From the NCBI GenBank assembly GCA_004555175.1, contig SFJE01000004.1, forward strand, positions 3,909 through 67,908: a DNA stretch of 64,000 bases, written 5' to 3'. Position numbers and translations under genes: made by a program. Positions 53,372 through 63,570 of this stretch are shown piece by piece. The notes beneath the pieces were generated by a model. That model was not told where the DNA came from. It ran no database searches and saw only the letters and a list, made by a program, of their open reading frames with translations. This DNA is from Lentisphaeraceae bacterium (GTDB lineage Bacteria; Verrucomicrobiota; Kiritimatiellia; RFP12; DVOR01). How positions within the stretch are numbered: position 1 is the first letter of the stretch; every line of letters begins with the position of its first letter.

Positions 53372-55072
53372 TTAGAAGGGGAGGAAGGCGTCGAAGTCGT
53401 GGAGGCGGCAGGTGGTGGCGCCGAGGCGGCGGGCTTCGGCGCAAAAGTCGTTGTCGTCGGAGACGAGGAGGCGGGGAAGCTCGGGGGAACTTTCGCGGAA
53501 GAAGGAGAGTTGGTCGAGGATGTAGCGGTCGGCGCGGTGGTTGCCTTCGCCACCAGAGTAGTGGACGGTGACATTCTGCGCGCGGGAGAAGTCCGACCGG
53601 GTGCCGCCATCCCAGACGAGGTGGGCGTGGAGGAGGGGGAGGTTGTTGAGGAGGCGGACGATGTCGCCTTCGAGGGCTTTACGGGCATCTTCGTGGGTGA
53701 CGGCGGTGCCGCGGCGCTGCTTGTAGCGCGAGAGGCCGTTGAGGATGTTGTGCGCATCGAGGAAGAGGAGGAGGGGCTGCTGACCGCGTAGGGCGCTGGC
53801 CAAGAGAGCGTTGCGCTGCTCGATGGGATTGGGGGCGGCCTGGGCATCCTTATCCTGCAATTCGCCGGCGAGGGTGGGGGCGTTGGCGCGCTGACGGAGG
53901 CGGGCACGGAGGGTGCTGGCGGTGGTGCGGGGAAGGAGGTTGAGGCGCTCGGCAAGGGCCAGGAGGTCGGCCGTGTCGCTGAGGGTTTGGGGGGTGAGCG
54001 CGTCAATCCGCGCTTGGAGTTCGCCAGCGAGGGGCGTTTCGGGCTCGGGGAGCCGGAGGGTGGCGCGCAACTCCTGGCAGGCGGCCTCAAGGTCGTTTCG
54101 GCAGGCGATGAGTTCGGGGGCGGGGTTAAGGGCCCCGGCGAGGGCATGGGTGGCATCGTTCAGCGCGAGTTCAAGGGCTTCAAGGCGGGCGTGGAGCTCG
54201 GCGCGGCGGGCGCTTGCACGGTCGAGCAACGCCTGTTGAGTCAGGGCCTTTCGGGTGCGCTCTAGGAGCTCTTCGGTGCCGGGCTCGGCGAGTTTGGCCT
54301 CGGCGGCTTGGGCCGGTTCGAGCCAGGGGCGGAGGGCTTCAATGCGTCGGGCGGAGGCGAGGGCGCGGGCACGCGTTTCGAGTTCGGCACGGGTGTGCTC
54401 AAGCTCGCGCGTCAGGGCGTCAATCTTCTTCTGGCGCTCGTCGATATTAAATTGCAAGGTGGCGATTTGGCTTTTGACTTCGCGGCCCTCGGCCAGGTGC
54501 TTCTCCTCGAGTTCCCGACGGTCGCGCCGCGCCTTCTTCTCGGTCTCCTCGAGTTGCTTGCGCAATTCGGCGATGGCCTCGCGGCTTGCGGCGGAGGTGG
54601 GGGCGGCGGCCCCGAGTTCCACGATGGGGGAAAAGGCTTGGGCCAGGAGGTCGCGGGCAGTCTCGGGCGCGGGAAGCTCGGTTGCGGTCGAGGCTAGACG
54701 TGGTTCAACCTTGGCGCGCACGTCATCGCGCGGATCCATCAGCAACCCCAGGAGGAAGGGCGCCTTGCCGAAGAAGGCCATCAATTGGGCCGCGCGCTCC
54801 TCCAACATCTCGCGCGAGAGCATCGCCAGCAAGCGCGCGACCGGAGCGTGGGTGCGCAGGAAAGCGGCTAAATCGGCATGATAGGTGAGTAGACGCGGGC
54901 CTAGGCCATTGGCGACCAAGGCGCAGAGCATCTTGGCGTTGCCCGCCCGGTAGCCGCCGCCGAGGAGTTGATTGCGGCGGGCGAAGGTCTCGAGGTCGTG
55001 TCGTGGTAGGTGGGCGAGGAGTTCCTCGAAGGCGTGACGGAGGTCGGCCAGGGTCAGGGCAGGTTCTTGCAT
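53372..55072 (-). CDS. coiled-coil protein with C-terminal NYN/YacP-like (PIN-related) nuclease domain
   Basis: Long central E/R/A-rich helical region. C-terminus LLFLDAHNILN...VHYS...ADRYILDQL...LVSDDNDFCAEARRLGA matches the NYN/YacP pattern. Confidence 0.55.
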   Translation of the reverse strand: MQEPALTLADLRHAFEELLAHLPRHDLETFARRNQLLGGGYRAGNAKMLCALVANGLGPRLLTYHADLAAFLRTHAPVARLLAMLSREMLEERAAQLMAFFGKAPFLLGLLMDPRDDVRAKVEPRLASTATELPAPETARDLLAQAFSPIVELGAAAPTSAASREAIAELRKQLEETEKKARRDRRELEEKHLAEGREVKSQIATLQFNIDERQKKIDALTRELEHTRAELETRARALASARRIEALRPWLEPAQAAEAKLAEPGTEELLERTRKALTQQALLDRASARRAELHARLEALELALNDATHALAGALNPAPELIACRNDLEAACQELRATLRLPEPETPLAGELQARIDALTPQTLSDTADLLALAERLNLLPRTTASTLRARLRQRANAPTLAGELQDKDAQAAPNPIEQRNALLASALRGQQPLLLFLDAHNILNGLSRYKQRRGTAVTHEDARKALEGDIVRLLNNLPLLHAHLVWDGGTRSDFSRAQNVTVHYSGGEGNHRADRYILDQLSFFRESSPELPRLLVSDDNDFCAEARRLGATTCRLHDFDAFLPF

Positions 55073-56094
55073 TAGAGCGGTCTCCGGATGAGGAAGCCGA
55101 GGGTTAGGGCGCTGCAGAGCACGGCAAGGAAGCCGCCGAGGAGCCAGGGGCGGGCGTGCGAGCGATAGCGCGCAAAGATGCGCCGCTCCACGCGGGTGGT
55201 CTCCAGCTCCGAAATCTGGCGCAGGAAGTCCTCCAACTGTTTGGGCGAGCGGCAGTTGGCGTAGATGCCGCCGGTGGTCTTGGCAATCTCTCGGAGGGTG
55301 TTCTCGTCGAGAACGGTCTGAACATCAAAGAGCCCGGTATTGCCAAAGCGGTCCGTCGCGCGGACCTTCGCGATGCCCGTGGAGCCCGCGCCAATGGTGT
55401 AGACGCGCACACCGAGGGCCTTGGCGGCTTCGGCGGCTTCGGTGGGGGTCACTGCGCCGGCATTGCTCTCCCCATCGGAGAGGAGGATGACCACCTTGGT
55501 CTTGGGCTCGGCATCTTTGAGGCGCAGGAGGCAGACCGAGAGGCCATCGCCAATCGCCGTCATCAACTCATCTTCTGTGGCGAATCGGTCGTCATTCTCG
55601 CCGGGGATCTCCACGCCCGAGAGGGTGTGCAGAAGGGCGCGATGGTCGGCTGTGAGGGGCGAGCGCACGCTGGCATATCCGCCAAAGGTAACCAAGCCAA
55701 TCAGATCCTCTTCGCGCTCCTCAACAAACTGTCGGAAGAGGCGCTTGACCACATCCAGCCGCGTGGCATCGTTTCGCCCTTCGCTCAAATCCAGCGCGCG
55801 CATCGAGCCGGAGATGTCTACTGCCATCATCACCGCCAGCGCGTCGGCCGACTGCACCTCGCGCGCCAATTGCGTCCGTGGTCCGGCCGCCCCGATGATG
55901 AGGCTTGCCAGCCCCAGGCACGCCACCCAGGGCAGCAGACGGCACGCCCATTGCCGCCACGTGGGGCGCTGCGCGCCAAAGCGCGTCGAGGCCGAGGCAA
56001 AGACCGCCCCTGGCGTGCGCGCCCGGCGCAACATCCGCCAGCAGCTCCACCCCCAAGGCAGAAAGAGCAAGAAGGCCCACGGGAACGCAAACAT
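55072..56094 (-). CDS. VWA-domain membrane protein (BatA-like)
   Basis: Two N-terminal TM segments, then a vWFA MIDAS DISGSM...SDGESN. Confidence 0.75.
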   Translation of the reverse strand: MFAFPWAFLLFLPWGWSCWRMLRRARTPGAVFASASTRFGAQRPTWRQWACRLLPWVACLGLASLIIGAAGPRTQLAREVQSADALAVMMAVDISGSMRALDLSEGRNDATRLDVVKRLFRQFVEEREEDLIGLVTFGGYASVRSPLTADHRALLHTLSGVEIPGENDDRFATEDELMTAIGDGLSVCLLRLKDAEPKTKVVILLSDGESNAGAVTPTEAAEAAKALGVRVYTIGAGSTGIAKVRATDRFGNTGLFDVQTVLDENTLREIAKTTGGIYANCRSPKQLEDFLRQISELETTRVERRIFARYRSHARPWLLGGFLAVLCSALTLGFLIRRPL

Positions 56095-56115
56095 CGTCAG
56101 CCCCTCCCGCTTGCA

Positions 56116-57123
56116 CTAACCCCGCACGGCCGCAAGGGCCTCGGCCGCGTTCTGGAAGAGGGCTTTGAGCGCCTGATAGGCCAGCGCTTCGGGGTTGTCG
56201 GGGTTGATCCGCCGGTCACCGGCCAGGGTCGGCAGGGCGGTCTTGGCAAGCAACTCGGCTGCGTCATCGGAGCTTGGCCGGCGGCGGAGCTCCACATCGC
56301 GCACCACCACGGGCTCAACGTGGAGCGCCAGCCGCTCGAGGGCCACCTCCACCTCAATGCCCATCACCACGGCCCGCGCGCCCACCTTCACCTGCCGCGC
56401 ATAGCGGAAGATGCGGCCATCGATTAGCGTCAGCCCGCCATCCACGCCACCTGCGCGCAACTTCGCCTCCAGCCGCCGCGCAAAGGCCTCCGACTCCTCC
56501 TGCAACTCCGCGCGGAACTGCAAGAGCGACTCAATCTTCTCGCGGTTGCGGTCGTAGAACTTCAGCGCGTCATTCAAATCCTTCATTGCTTCGCCTCCTC
56601 CGGCCAGGCGCGCCACGGCCCCCAGCCAATCCAAAAACGGTTGCGCCCAGGCGCGGTCCAAGCGCTCCAACACGCTCGGCAAAAAGCGCTTTACCTGCGC
56701 CACAAAGGCTCCATAGGGCGCCGCATGCTCGCCCGCTGCTGCCGCCTCCACCCCCCAGCGGATTACCGCGTTATAGCGCTTGTTCGCATCGCTCGGGCAA
56801 TCGGCCGCCCCCAAGGCGCTCCCCGCCGGCAAGATCCACAGCCGCGAGAGACGCGTCTCTACCCGCAATGCTCCGCCCTGGCGCGTACAGGCCACCACCT
56901 GCCGCGGTCGCCCCTCCGTCTCGCCCTTCACCGAGCGCAAGAGCGCCCCGAGCACCAAGTCGTCCAGACCGTGTGCCGCGCGCGTATCCAGAAAGAACCG
57001 TAGGGGTCCCCAGACCACCTCCGCGCTGTCTCCTGCCAATTCCAAGAGCGTCCGCTGCGGCGCCCGCCACCGGAGCGCACCAAAGCCCGCCATCACTTGA
57101 TCCAACTTCGCCTGTGTAAGCAT
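56116..57123 (-). CDS. hypothetical protein
   Basis: Uninterrupted ORF of real-looking composition with no recognisable motif. Could be two fused smaller ORFs. Confidence 0.4.
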   Translation of the reverse strand: MLTQAKLDQVMAGFGALRWRAPQRTLLELAGDSAEVVWGPLRFFLDTRAAHGLDDLVLGALLRSVKGETEGRPRQVVACTRQGGALRVETRLSRLWILPAGSALGAADCPSDANKRYNAVIRWGVEAAAAGEHAAPYGAFVAQVKRFLPSVLERLDRAWAQPFLDWLGAVARLAGGGEAMKDLNDALKFYDRNREKIESLLQFRAELQEESEAFARRLEAKLRAGGVDGGLTLIDGRIFRYARQVKVGARAVVMGIEVEVALERLALHVEPVVVRDVELRRRPSSDDAAELLAKTALPTLAGDRRINPDNPEALAYQALKALFQNAAEALAAVRG

Positions 57124-57276
57124 AACGCCGCCAGTATAGCACAACTTTGAACCGCCCGCGCGGTTGTGCGGGGCGCTGGCAGATGGATTTACGTGGAGGT
57201 GTTGGGGCGCGTCAACTGTTTAGCGCACAGGGGAAGAGACTCAACGGGGGAGATCGTAGACGCGCAGAAAACAGTG

Positions 57277-57351
57277 GTGGGCGGTGACGGACTCGAACCG
57301 CCGACAGCCTGAGTGTAAATCAGGAACTCTAACCAACTGAGTTAACCGCCC
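57277..57351 (-). tRNA. tRNA-Val (anticodon TAC)
   Basis: Reverse complement folds as a cloverleaf: acceptor gggcggt/accgccc, anticodon loop ttTACac, T-loop ggttcgagtcc. Confidence 0.85.
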
Positions 57352-57373
57352 AATGGGGTGCGGTAGGAGAAAA

Positions 57374-57458
57374 TGGTGCCGGGGGAGGGACTCGAACCCT
57401 CACGCTTTAGGGGCGGCAGATTTTGAGTCTGCTGTGTCTGCCATTTCACCACCCCGGC
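57374..57458 (-). tRNA. tRNA-Leu (anticodon CAA), long variable arm, encoded CCA
   Basis: Reverse complement gccggggtggtgaaatggcagac...ctCAAaa...gggttcgagtccctcccccggcacca. 85 nt with a type II long variable arm. Confidence 0.85.
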
Positions 57459-57465
57459 TAAAGGA

Positions 57466-57541
57466 TGGAGCGGGTGAAGGGAATCGAACCCTCGTAGCCA
57501 GCTTGGAAGGCTGGAGCTCTGCCATTGAGCTACACCCGCGC
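57466..57541 (-). tRNA. tRNA-Gly (anticodon TCC)
   Basis: Reverse complement gcgcgggtgtagctcaatggcagagctccagccttCCaagctgg...gggttcgattcccttcacccgctcca. Confidence 0.85.
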
Positions 57542-57661
57542 TCCGGTAAGATCTACCGTGGCGCACGGGGCCGAATGATAGCAGACCCCCGAGCCGGAAG
57601 TCAATACTTTTTCGCAAAAAACTTCATTAAGGCGGTGGCAGGGAGCGCTCCGCCGTGGCGG

Positions 57662-58948
57662 TTAGGGCGTGAGGGAGGCCGCAAGTTCGCGCATTGCCGC
57701 GGTGATGCGCGAGAGTTGCTCGGGGGAGATGATGTAGGGCGGCATGGCGTAGAGCAGGCGGCCGAAGGGGCGGAGCCAGACGCCGCGCTCGACGAGGAAG
57801 CGCTGGGCGCTGGCCATCTCCAGGGGCTTTTTGAGCTCAATAACGCCAATGGCGCCTAGGCAACGAACATCGGCAACGGCCGGCAACTCGCGCGCGGGCT
57901 CAAGTTCGCGCTTGAGTTGCGCTTCAATGCGCGCGATGGTCTCCTGCCAAGGCTGGGCGAGGAGGAGGTCGATGGAGGCGCAGGCGATGGCGCAGGCCAG
58001 GGGGTTGGCCATAAAGGTGGGGCCGTGCATAAAGCACTGGGCCTCGCCGGAGCAGACCTGCTCGGCCACGCGGTCGGTGGCGAGCACGGCCGAGAAGGTC
58101 ATCATCCCGCCGGTGATGGCCTTACCGATGCACATAATGTCGGGCTGGACCTGGGCGTGCTCCCAGGCGAAGAGTTTGCCGGTGCGGCCAAAGCCGGTGG
58201 CAATCTCGTCGAAGATGAGGAGGAGGCCGGCTTCATCGCAGGCGCGGCGGAGGCAGCGGAGGTATTCGGGGTGGTAGAAGCGCATGCCGCCGGCGCCCTG
58301 GACGATGGGCTCGAGGATGACGGCGGCGAGGGTGGTACGGTGTTCGGCGATGAGGCGGGCCATCGGCGCAAAGTCTGCTGGATCCCACGCCTCGCCGAAG
58401 CGGACTCGTGGGGCGGGAGCGAAGAGGCGGCGGGGAAGGGCGCTGCCAAAGAGGCTGTGCATCCCGGTGACCGGGTCGCAGACGCTCATCGCGTTCCAGG
58501 TGTCGCCATGATAGCCGGAGCGGATGGTGAGGAAGTCGCTCTTGGCCGGGTTGAACTGGATGGCCATCTTGAGGGCGACTTCCACGGCCACCGAGCCGCT
58601 GTCGGCATAAAAGATCTTCGTGAGGGTGGGGGGGGCGATGCGCAGGAGGCGCTGCCCCAGGTCGATAGCCGGCTGATGGGTAAGCCCGCCGAACATCACG
58701 TGGCTCATTGTGCGCAGCTGCGCCTCGCCGGCGGCGATAAGCGCGGGGTGCGAGTAGCCGTGAATAGCGCACCACCACGAGCTCATCCCCTCGACTAGGC
58801 GGCGGCCGTCGACGAGCTCGATTTCGCAGCCCTCCGCGCGGCGGACCTTGTAGGTGGGGAGGGGATTGTTGAGGGAGGTGTAGGGGTGCCAGAGGTGGTC
58901 GCGATCGAAGGGATCGAACACGGCCGCGGAGAGGGAAGTGTTTGCCAT
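57662..58948 (-). CDS. bioA: adenosylmethionine-8-amino-7-oxononanoate aminotransferase
   Basis: Class III aminotransferase with the BioA-typical N-terminus (DHLWHPYTS...) and PLP-Lys region. Start [14 protein letters not shown] at 58948. Confidence 0.85.
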   Translation of the reverse strand: MANTSLSAAVFDPFDRDHLWHPYTSLNNPLPTYKVRRAEGCEIELVDGRRLVEGMSSWWCAIHGYSHPALIAAGEAQLRTMSHVMFGGLTHQPAIDLGQRLLRIAPPTLTKIFYADSGSVAVEVALKMAIQFNPAKSDFLTIRSGYHGDTWNAMSVCDPVTGMHSLFGSALPRRLFAPAPRVRFGEAWDPADFAPMARLIAEHRTTLAAVILEPIVQGAGGMRFYHPEYLRCLRRACDEAGLLLIFDEIATGFGRTGKLFAWEHAQVQPDIMCIGKAITGGMMTFSAVLATDRVAEQVCSGEAQCFMHGPTFMANPLACAIACASIDLLLAQPWQETIARIEAQLKRELEPARELPAVADVRCLGAIGVIELKKPLEMASAQRFLVERGVWLRPFGRLLYAMPPYIISPEQLSRITAAMRELAASLTP

Positions 58949-58965
58949 AGGGGTGAAGCGGCGGG

Positions 58966-60117
58966 TTAGGCCTGCGCGAGGTAGGCGTGGACCTGGTCGA
59001 GGGCGCGGGCGATGACCTTGTCCATGTCGTAGTAGCGGTATTCGCCGAGGCGGCCGCCGAAGATGACATTCGGGCAAGCAGCGGCATCGGCCTGGTACTT
59101 GGCCAGGAGCTCGGCCGAGGCGGCGGTGTTGACCGGATAGTAGGGGATGTCGCCGAGCTTCCAATCGGCGGGGAACTCGCGGCAGATGATGGTCTTCTCG
59201 CTCTGGTAGACCGCTTCGCGTTCGGGATGGAAGTGCTTGAACTCGTGGATGCGCGTGTAGGGGACGGAGGCATCAGCGTAGTTCATCACGGTGCAACCCT
59301 GCCAATCGCGCACGGGCTTGGTCTCCCACTCAAAGCGCAGACCGCGCCAGGGGAGGGCGCCATAGCGGTAGTTGAAGTAGGCATCGAGCGGGCCGCTGTA
59401 GAAGACGGGGAGCTCGGCAGGGAAGGCTTCGCGCTGGGCCAGGTAGTCGGTGTTGTAGCGGACGGTGATGGCCGGGTGGTCGAGGAGGTTGGCAAAGAGG
59501 GTGAAGTAGCCCTCGCGCGGGACGCCCTGATGGGGGTCGTTGAAGTAGCCGATGTCGTAGTTCGCGCGCACGGGCAGGCGGCGGATGATAAAGCTGGGCA
59601 GGTCCTTGGGGTCGGTGTTCCACTGCTTCTGGGTGTAGCCCTTGATGAAGGCCTCGTAGAGCGGGCGGCCGATGAGCGAGATGGCCTGCTCCTCGAGGTT
59701 ACGCGGCTCGCCAGTCAGCCCAGCCTTAGCCACCTCGCCGGCAATGAAGCCAGGCACGTCGGCCGGCTTGAGGTTGGTGCCGTAGAAGGCGTTGATGAGC
59801 GCCAGGCCCAGGGGCATAAAGTAGACCTTGCCATCGTGCTCGGTGAGGACACGGTGGCGGTAGTCGGTGAAGGAGATAAAGCGGTTGGCGTAGGCCCAGA
59901 CGCGCTCGTCGGAGGTGTGGAAGATGTGCGCGCCATAGCAGTGGCACTCGATGCCCGTCTTCGGATCAATTTGGCTGCGGGCGTTGCCGCCGGGCAGACT
60001 GCGCGCTTCCAGGACCAGGACGCGGTTCCCGGCCTCGGCCAACTCGCGTGCCACCACGCAGCCCCACAACCCGGCGCCGACCACCAGCGCGTCGAACTCA
60101 GTCATTTCTTCGGTCAT
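58966..60117 (-). CDS. glf: UDP-galactopyranose mutase
   Basis: Start [28 protein letters not shown] (FAD GxGxxG) follows an AAGGAGAG RBS. Conserved UGM blocks ([13 protein letters not shown]; [18 protein letters not shown]). Upstream 208 aa of the track ORF are out of context. Confidence 0.85.
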   Translation of the reverse strand: MTEEMTEFDALVVGAGLWGCVVARELAEAGNRVLVLEARSLPGGNARSQIDPKTGIECHCYGAHIFHTSDERVWAYANRFISFTDYRHRVLTEHDGKVYFMPLGLALINAFYGTNLKPADVPGFIAGEVAKAGLTGEPRNLEEQAISLIGRPLYEAFIKGYTQKQWNTDPKDLPSFIIRRLPVRANYDIGYFNDPHQGVPREGYFTLFANLLDHPAITVRYNTDYLAQREAFPAELPVFYSGPLDAYFNYRYGALPWRGLRFEWETKPVRDWQGCTVMNYADASVPYTRIHEFKHFHPEREAVYQSEKTIICREFPADWKLGDIPYYPVNTAASAELLAKYQADAAACPNVIFGGRLGEYRYYDMDKVIARALDQVHAYLAQA

Positions 60118-60145
60118 AACACTCTCCTTGGTTGCTCGTGTGTGT

Positions 60146-61282
60146 TCAACGAATCTTGCCCCAACGCGGGGAGGTGAAGGGCCAGTGGACGAACGAGGCC
60201 GGCCCGAGCAAGTTCTTGGCCGGCACGGTCCCCCAATAGCGACTATCGAGGCTGTTGCCCGAGTTGTCCCCCAGCGCCACATACTCGCCCGGCTTGAGGC
60301 TGAAGCGCGCGAAGGGCTCGGGGAAGCCCGGAGCCGGCAACGCGGGCTGGTAACCCAGATAACGTGGCGCGCCGGGCCACGGCTGACAGCGCTCGGCAAT
60401 CTCCTGCAAACGCAAGGGTTTGTGCGCCGCCTGACCATTGACCCAGAGGTGCGAATCCTCCGCGCGCAGTTCCACCTCGTCGCCGGGCCGCCCGCACAAG
60501 CGCTTGATGTAGTGCTGGTTCTGCGGCAGGCCGGGGATGCCCTGCGTGGAGAAGACAATCGTCTCGCCCAAGCGCGGATGGCGGAAGTTCCAGAGCCAGC
60601 GGTTGACGAAGAGGAAGTCGCCACTGCGCACATAGCCGCTCCAAAGCTTTTGCCCCAGCCGCACTTGCCACCGCTGCGGTTCAAGCTTTCGGCGGAGAGC
60701 CTCCATCGCCGCTTCGGGCACTTCCAGGGGCGTGTTCCCATTCAGCAGGATCGTGTTCCAACCCGGCGTGGCGCTCGGCCGCACGGCCGCGATCACCCCG
60801 CCCACCGGCGCCTTGACCTCCACGTAGCGCTCGCCGGTGACGAGCCACTTGAAGAAACGCCCGGGTTGGCGATCCCACCCATTCGGCGCGGCGGCTTCCT
60901 CCACGTGAATGCCGTAGAGCGTTGGCTGCATCGACCCGGTGGGGATTTGGAAGGGCTCGTAGTAGTAGGCGCGGAAGCAGAAGGCCACCGCCAGGGAGGA
61001 GACCAAAATGTCAAACCACTCGGCGGCCACACCCCACCGGCTCTTGGGGGTGGCTTCCGTCAAATCTTGTTGGACCGAGGCCACGAGCGCGGGCAGGTCC
61101 TCGGTTTCGCCACAGCGAATGGCTTGCTTAAGATCTTTAAGCCGCTCTTCAAGTGCGGCACGCTCGCCCTCGGGCAGGATGTCCTCCACCAAGCGAAAGT
61201 CATTGCGCATCGTCTTGAGGGCTTTGCGCGCCTTGCGCAGCACCCAAAACTCACGTCGCCAAAAGCGGATGTCAAACCCCAT
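60146..61282 (-). CDS. lepB: signal peptidase I
   Basis: S26 boxes TGSMQPTL (Ser) and GDNSGNSLDSRYWG. Start MGFDIRFW follows a GGAAGGAG RBS. Confidence 0.85.
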   Translation of the reverse strand: MGFDIRFWRREFWVLRKARKALKTMRNDFRLVEDILPEGERAALEERLKDLKQAIRCGETEDLPALVASVQQDLTEATPKSRWGVAAEWFDILVSSLAVAFCFRAYYYEPFQIPTGSMQPTLYGIHVEEAAAPNGWDRQPGRFFKWLVTGERYVEVKAPVGGVIAAVRPSATPGWNTILLNGNTPLEVPEAAMEALRRKLEPQRWQVRLGQKLWSGYVRSGDFLFVNRWLWNFRHPRLGETIVFSTQGIPGLPQNQHYIKRLCGRPGDEVELRAEDSHLWVNGQAAHKPLRLQEIAERCQPWPGAPRYLGYQPALPAPGFPEPFARFSLKPGEYVALGDNSGNSLDSRYWGTVPAKNLLGPASFVHWPFTSPRWGKIR

Positions 61283-62111
61283 CGTTTGCTCCTTCCAAGT
61301 CTTCTTCAAGCAGGCCCAACAGACGATCGCGCGCGGCCTCCACCGCCGCCTCGCCCAGCGCAATCCCAGCACGGCCGCTGGCAAAGTCCAATGTCTGAAT
61401 AAAGCCCGTCTGCGGGCAGAGCAGCACCTCGGCCGGACGCTGGGCCAAGGTCAGCCGGCAGACCCCGTTTTCCACCATCCGCAGCGTCTGCAGCAGGGTC
61501 GCCAGCAACGCCGGGCGCTCCGTCGGCACCTCGCCGGGTGTGCGCGCGCCCTCGGAATTGATGTCCACGGCAATGACCACCTCGGCCCCCAACGCGCGCG
61601 CCGCCGCCACGGGCACCGGGTCCACCAACCCGCCATCGACCAGTATGCGCCCGCTATGCATTACCGGGTCAAAGACACCCGGAATGGAGAAGGAGGCGCG
61701 CACGGCATCGGTGACGCTCCCTTCGGTCAGCACAACGGCCTCTTCCTTGTAAAGATCTGTGGCAACGGCGGCGAAGGGCTTGGGCAGAGCCTCAATGGTC
61801 CGCCCGCCGAGCCGCTCAGGGGCATCGAGCCACGCGGTAATCGGCGCGCCGGAGAAGAAACCGTGCTTGGGCAGGCGCATCTCGGCAAAGAACTTGGCTA
61901 GACCCAGCCAATCCAGCCTTTCGGCCGCCTCGGCAAAGGCTTCAAAACACCCGGCAGCCACCGTCGCGCCCACCAAGGCGCCAATGCTCGTGCCGGCAAC
62001 GACATCGGGCTCAATGCCCAGCCGCGCCAAGGCCCGCACCACACCGATGTGGGCCCAACCGCGCGCACCCCCACTGCCGAGGGCCAGGCCGATGACCGGC
62101 CGCCGCTTCAC
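61272..62111 (-). CDS. patatin-like phospholipase family protein
   Basis: GLALGSGGARG oxyanion motif, GTSIG nucleophile elbow, downstream DGG Asp. Confidence 0.85.
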   Translation of the reverse strand: MKRRPVIGLALGSGGARGWAHIGVVRALARLGIEPDVVAGTSIGALVGATVAAGCFEAFAEAAERLDWLGLAKFFAEMRLPKHGFFSGAPITAWLDAPERLGGRTIEALPKPFAAVATDLYKEEAVVLTEGSVTDAVRASFSIPGVFDPVMHSGRILVDGGLVDPVPVAAARALGAEVVIAVDINSEGARTPGEVPTERPALLATLLQTLRMVENGVCRLTLAQRPAEVLLCPQTGFIQTLDFASGRAGIALGEAAVEAARDRLLGLLEEDLEGANDGV

Positions 62112-62713
62112 CGCGCCCTCACCAGGGTGAGCGTGATTCGCTCGCCCGTCGCTTCTGGCGCATCGCCAATGAAGACTGCCTCGGGGGGCACCCCCACCGC
62201 CTCGGCGATGTAGGTGCTCAGCAGGGCGCGGTGGCCGAGCCGTTCGGGCACGGAGAAGAAGCGCGTCGAGATGAGCACCCGCTCGGTCCGGCCGCGATAG
62301 GCCTCCAGCGCCTTGAGTTCTTCAGTCCGCGGAATCCCCTCCCAGGTCACTTGCCAATCGCCCTTGCGCTCGGCCAGCAGGAAGCCGACCACCATCCCCG
62401 CCGCCAAAAAGAGCGGCACAAGCAGGAGGCAAAGCGCCTTCCAGGGCATCACAAAGGCCGTCTTGCCCAACGCCTTCAAGGCCTTGCGCGAGGGCGCGTG
62501 CTCGGGGTGGATGAGTTGAATCTCCTGCCAGAGCCGCCGCGCTTCCCCTTCGTCCCCCTGCTCGGCCCGAATACGCGCCAAGAGGTCCATCGCCTCGGTC
62601 GTCTTCGAGAGCTCGCCATCGGAGAGAATAAGCGCCTCTGCCTCGCCATAATGACCCGCGCGCGCGAGCGTATAGGCGCACAAGAGCGCCACCTTCGTCT
62701 GATTGCTACTCAT
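62108..62713 (-). CDS. hypothetical membrane protein with TPR-like N-terminal domain
   Basis: Start MSSNQTKVALLCAY at ~62713; upstream is R-rich out-of-context sequence. One TM (ALCLLLVPLFLAAGMVVGFLLA). Confidence 0.45.
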   Translation of the reverse strand: MSSNQTKVALLCAYTLARAGHYGEAEALILSDGELSKTTEAMDLLARIRAEQGDEGEARRLWQEIQLIHPEHAPSRKALKALGKTAFVMPWKALCLLLVPLFLAAGMVVGFLLAERKGDWQVTWEGIPRTEELKALEAYRGRTERVLISTRFFSVPERLGHRALLSTYIAEAVGVPPEAVFIGDAPEATGERITLTLVRAR

Positions 62714-63080
62714 GCTCGCTCCCTTCCGCGTTCGCCGCCGGCAGGACCGGCTGGGGCACCAAAATCCCCCGCTTGGAGAGCAGGGTCTCAATCTCCTTGA
62801 GCGCCTCCATCGTCCCCTCGTGCGCACCATCGCAGAGCGTCTGGTAAATCTTGCCCATCGCCTGGCCCACCCGCGCCCAATCGGCCTTCTCGGCCTCGAC
62901 CCGCGCCGCGGTCAACTCCCACTGCCGCGCCATCTCCAGCTCCAGCTCGGCAAACTGCTCAGAGACGCGCACCAACCCCTCGGTGTCGCACCCTGCCACA
63001 CCCACCTCTTCGCGAACCGCCACGCGCCGCTGCTGCCGAACAACCATAGAGCCAAACTCCTCTCTCAAGAACATCCGCAT
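62706..63080 (-). CDS. hypothetical small protein (124 aa)
   Basis: Clean ORF whose stop overlaps the downstream start. No motif recognised. Confidence 0.35.
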   Translation of the reverse strand: MRMFLREEFGSMVVRQQRRVAVREEVGVAGCDTEGLVRVSEQFAELELEMARQWELTAARVEAEKADWARVGQAMGKIYQTLCDGAHEGTMEALKEIETLLSKRGILVPQPVLPAANAEGSEHE

Positions 63081-63214
63081 TATGCCACACTTCCCGCAAA
63101 AAAGCGAGCGTAGCGAGCATCTCGCGCAAGGTGCTCGCTATCGCGGGGGGTCTTGCCCCCTGCCCCCCATTGGCGGGCCGCCTCCGGAATCTCCGGGAAT
63201 CTCCGGATGATCCG

Positions 63215-63385
63215 GCCTAGCGCGCATCGGCCTAGGCCCTACCTCGAGTTGACCTAGGGCCTACCTCGAGGTGATCTAGGGCCGACCTCGCCTTGACCTA
63301 GGCCCTACCTCGCCTCGGCCTAGGGCCTACCTCACATCGACCTAGGGCCTGCCTCGAGTCGAGCTAGGCCCTATCGCGAGCGCAG
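63215..63385. repeat. tandem array of ~7 degenerate 21-23-bp units (CCTAGGGCCTACCTCGAGGTGA-like), flanked by ~25-bp direct repeats
   Basis: Units: gcctaggccctacctcgagttga, cctagggcctacctcgaggtgat, ctagggccgacctcgccttga, cctaggccctacctcgcctcgg, cctagggcctacctcacatcga, cctagggcctgcctcgagtcgag, ctaggccctatcgcgagcg. Flanks: agcgagcatctcgcgcaaggtgctc (63112-63137) and agcgagcatctcgcagttgcaaaagtgctc (63449-63478). Confidence 0.8.
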
Positions 63386-63570
63386 CGAGCCTCTCACGGC
63401 CCGCAGGGCCACCCTCACGCCGTGAAGCGGCACCTCACGCGAACGACAGCGAGCATCTCGCAGTTGCAAAAGTGCTCCGCCTTTTGATATAGTGCGCGCG
63501 CTTTCGGCGTTTTGGCCGAGCTTTTGGCGGGCGGATGAGCCTGCATTTCCCCTTGTTTTATTGGTTTAAG

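Noticed and set aside
56116-57144. Splitting 342-aa hypothetical into two genes at internal Met (MKDLNDALKF...)
   Set aside because: Both halves are in the same frame with no stop between and no clear RBS before the internal Met. Kept as one low-confidence CDS.
58966-60741. Treating full 591-aa ORF as glf, and 57662-59164 full ORF as bioA, 32262-34670 as speA, 23800-24342 as pilin, 7863-8672 as pseudopilin
   Set aside because: In each case the upstream extension is R/P/S-rich out-of-context sequence and an internal ATG preceded by a good RBS begins the conserved family N-terminus. Features were trimmed to those starts.
63215-63385. Possible CRISPR array (regularly spaced ~22-bp repeats)
   Set aside because: Units are contiguous and degenerate with no unique spacers between them. 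No cas genes or leader. Behaves as a minisatellite/REP-like tandem repeat.
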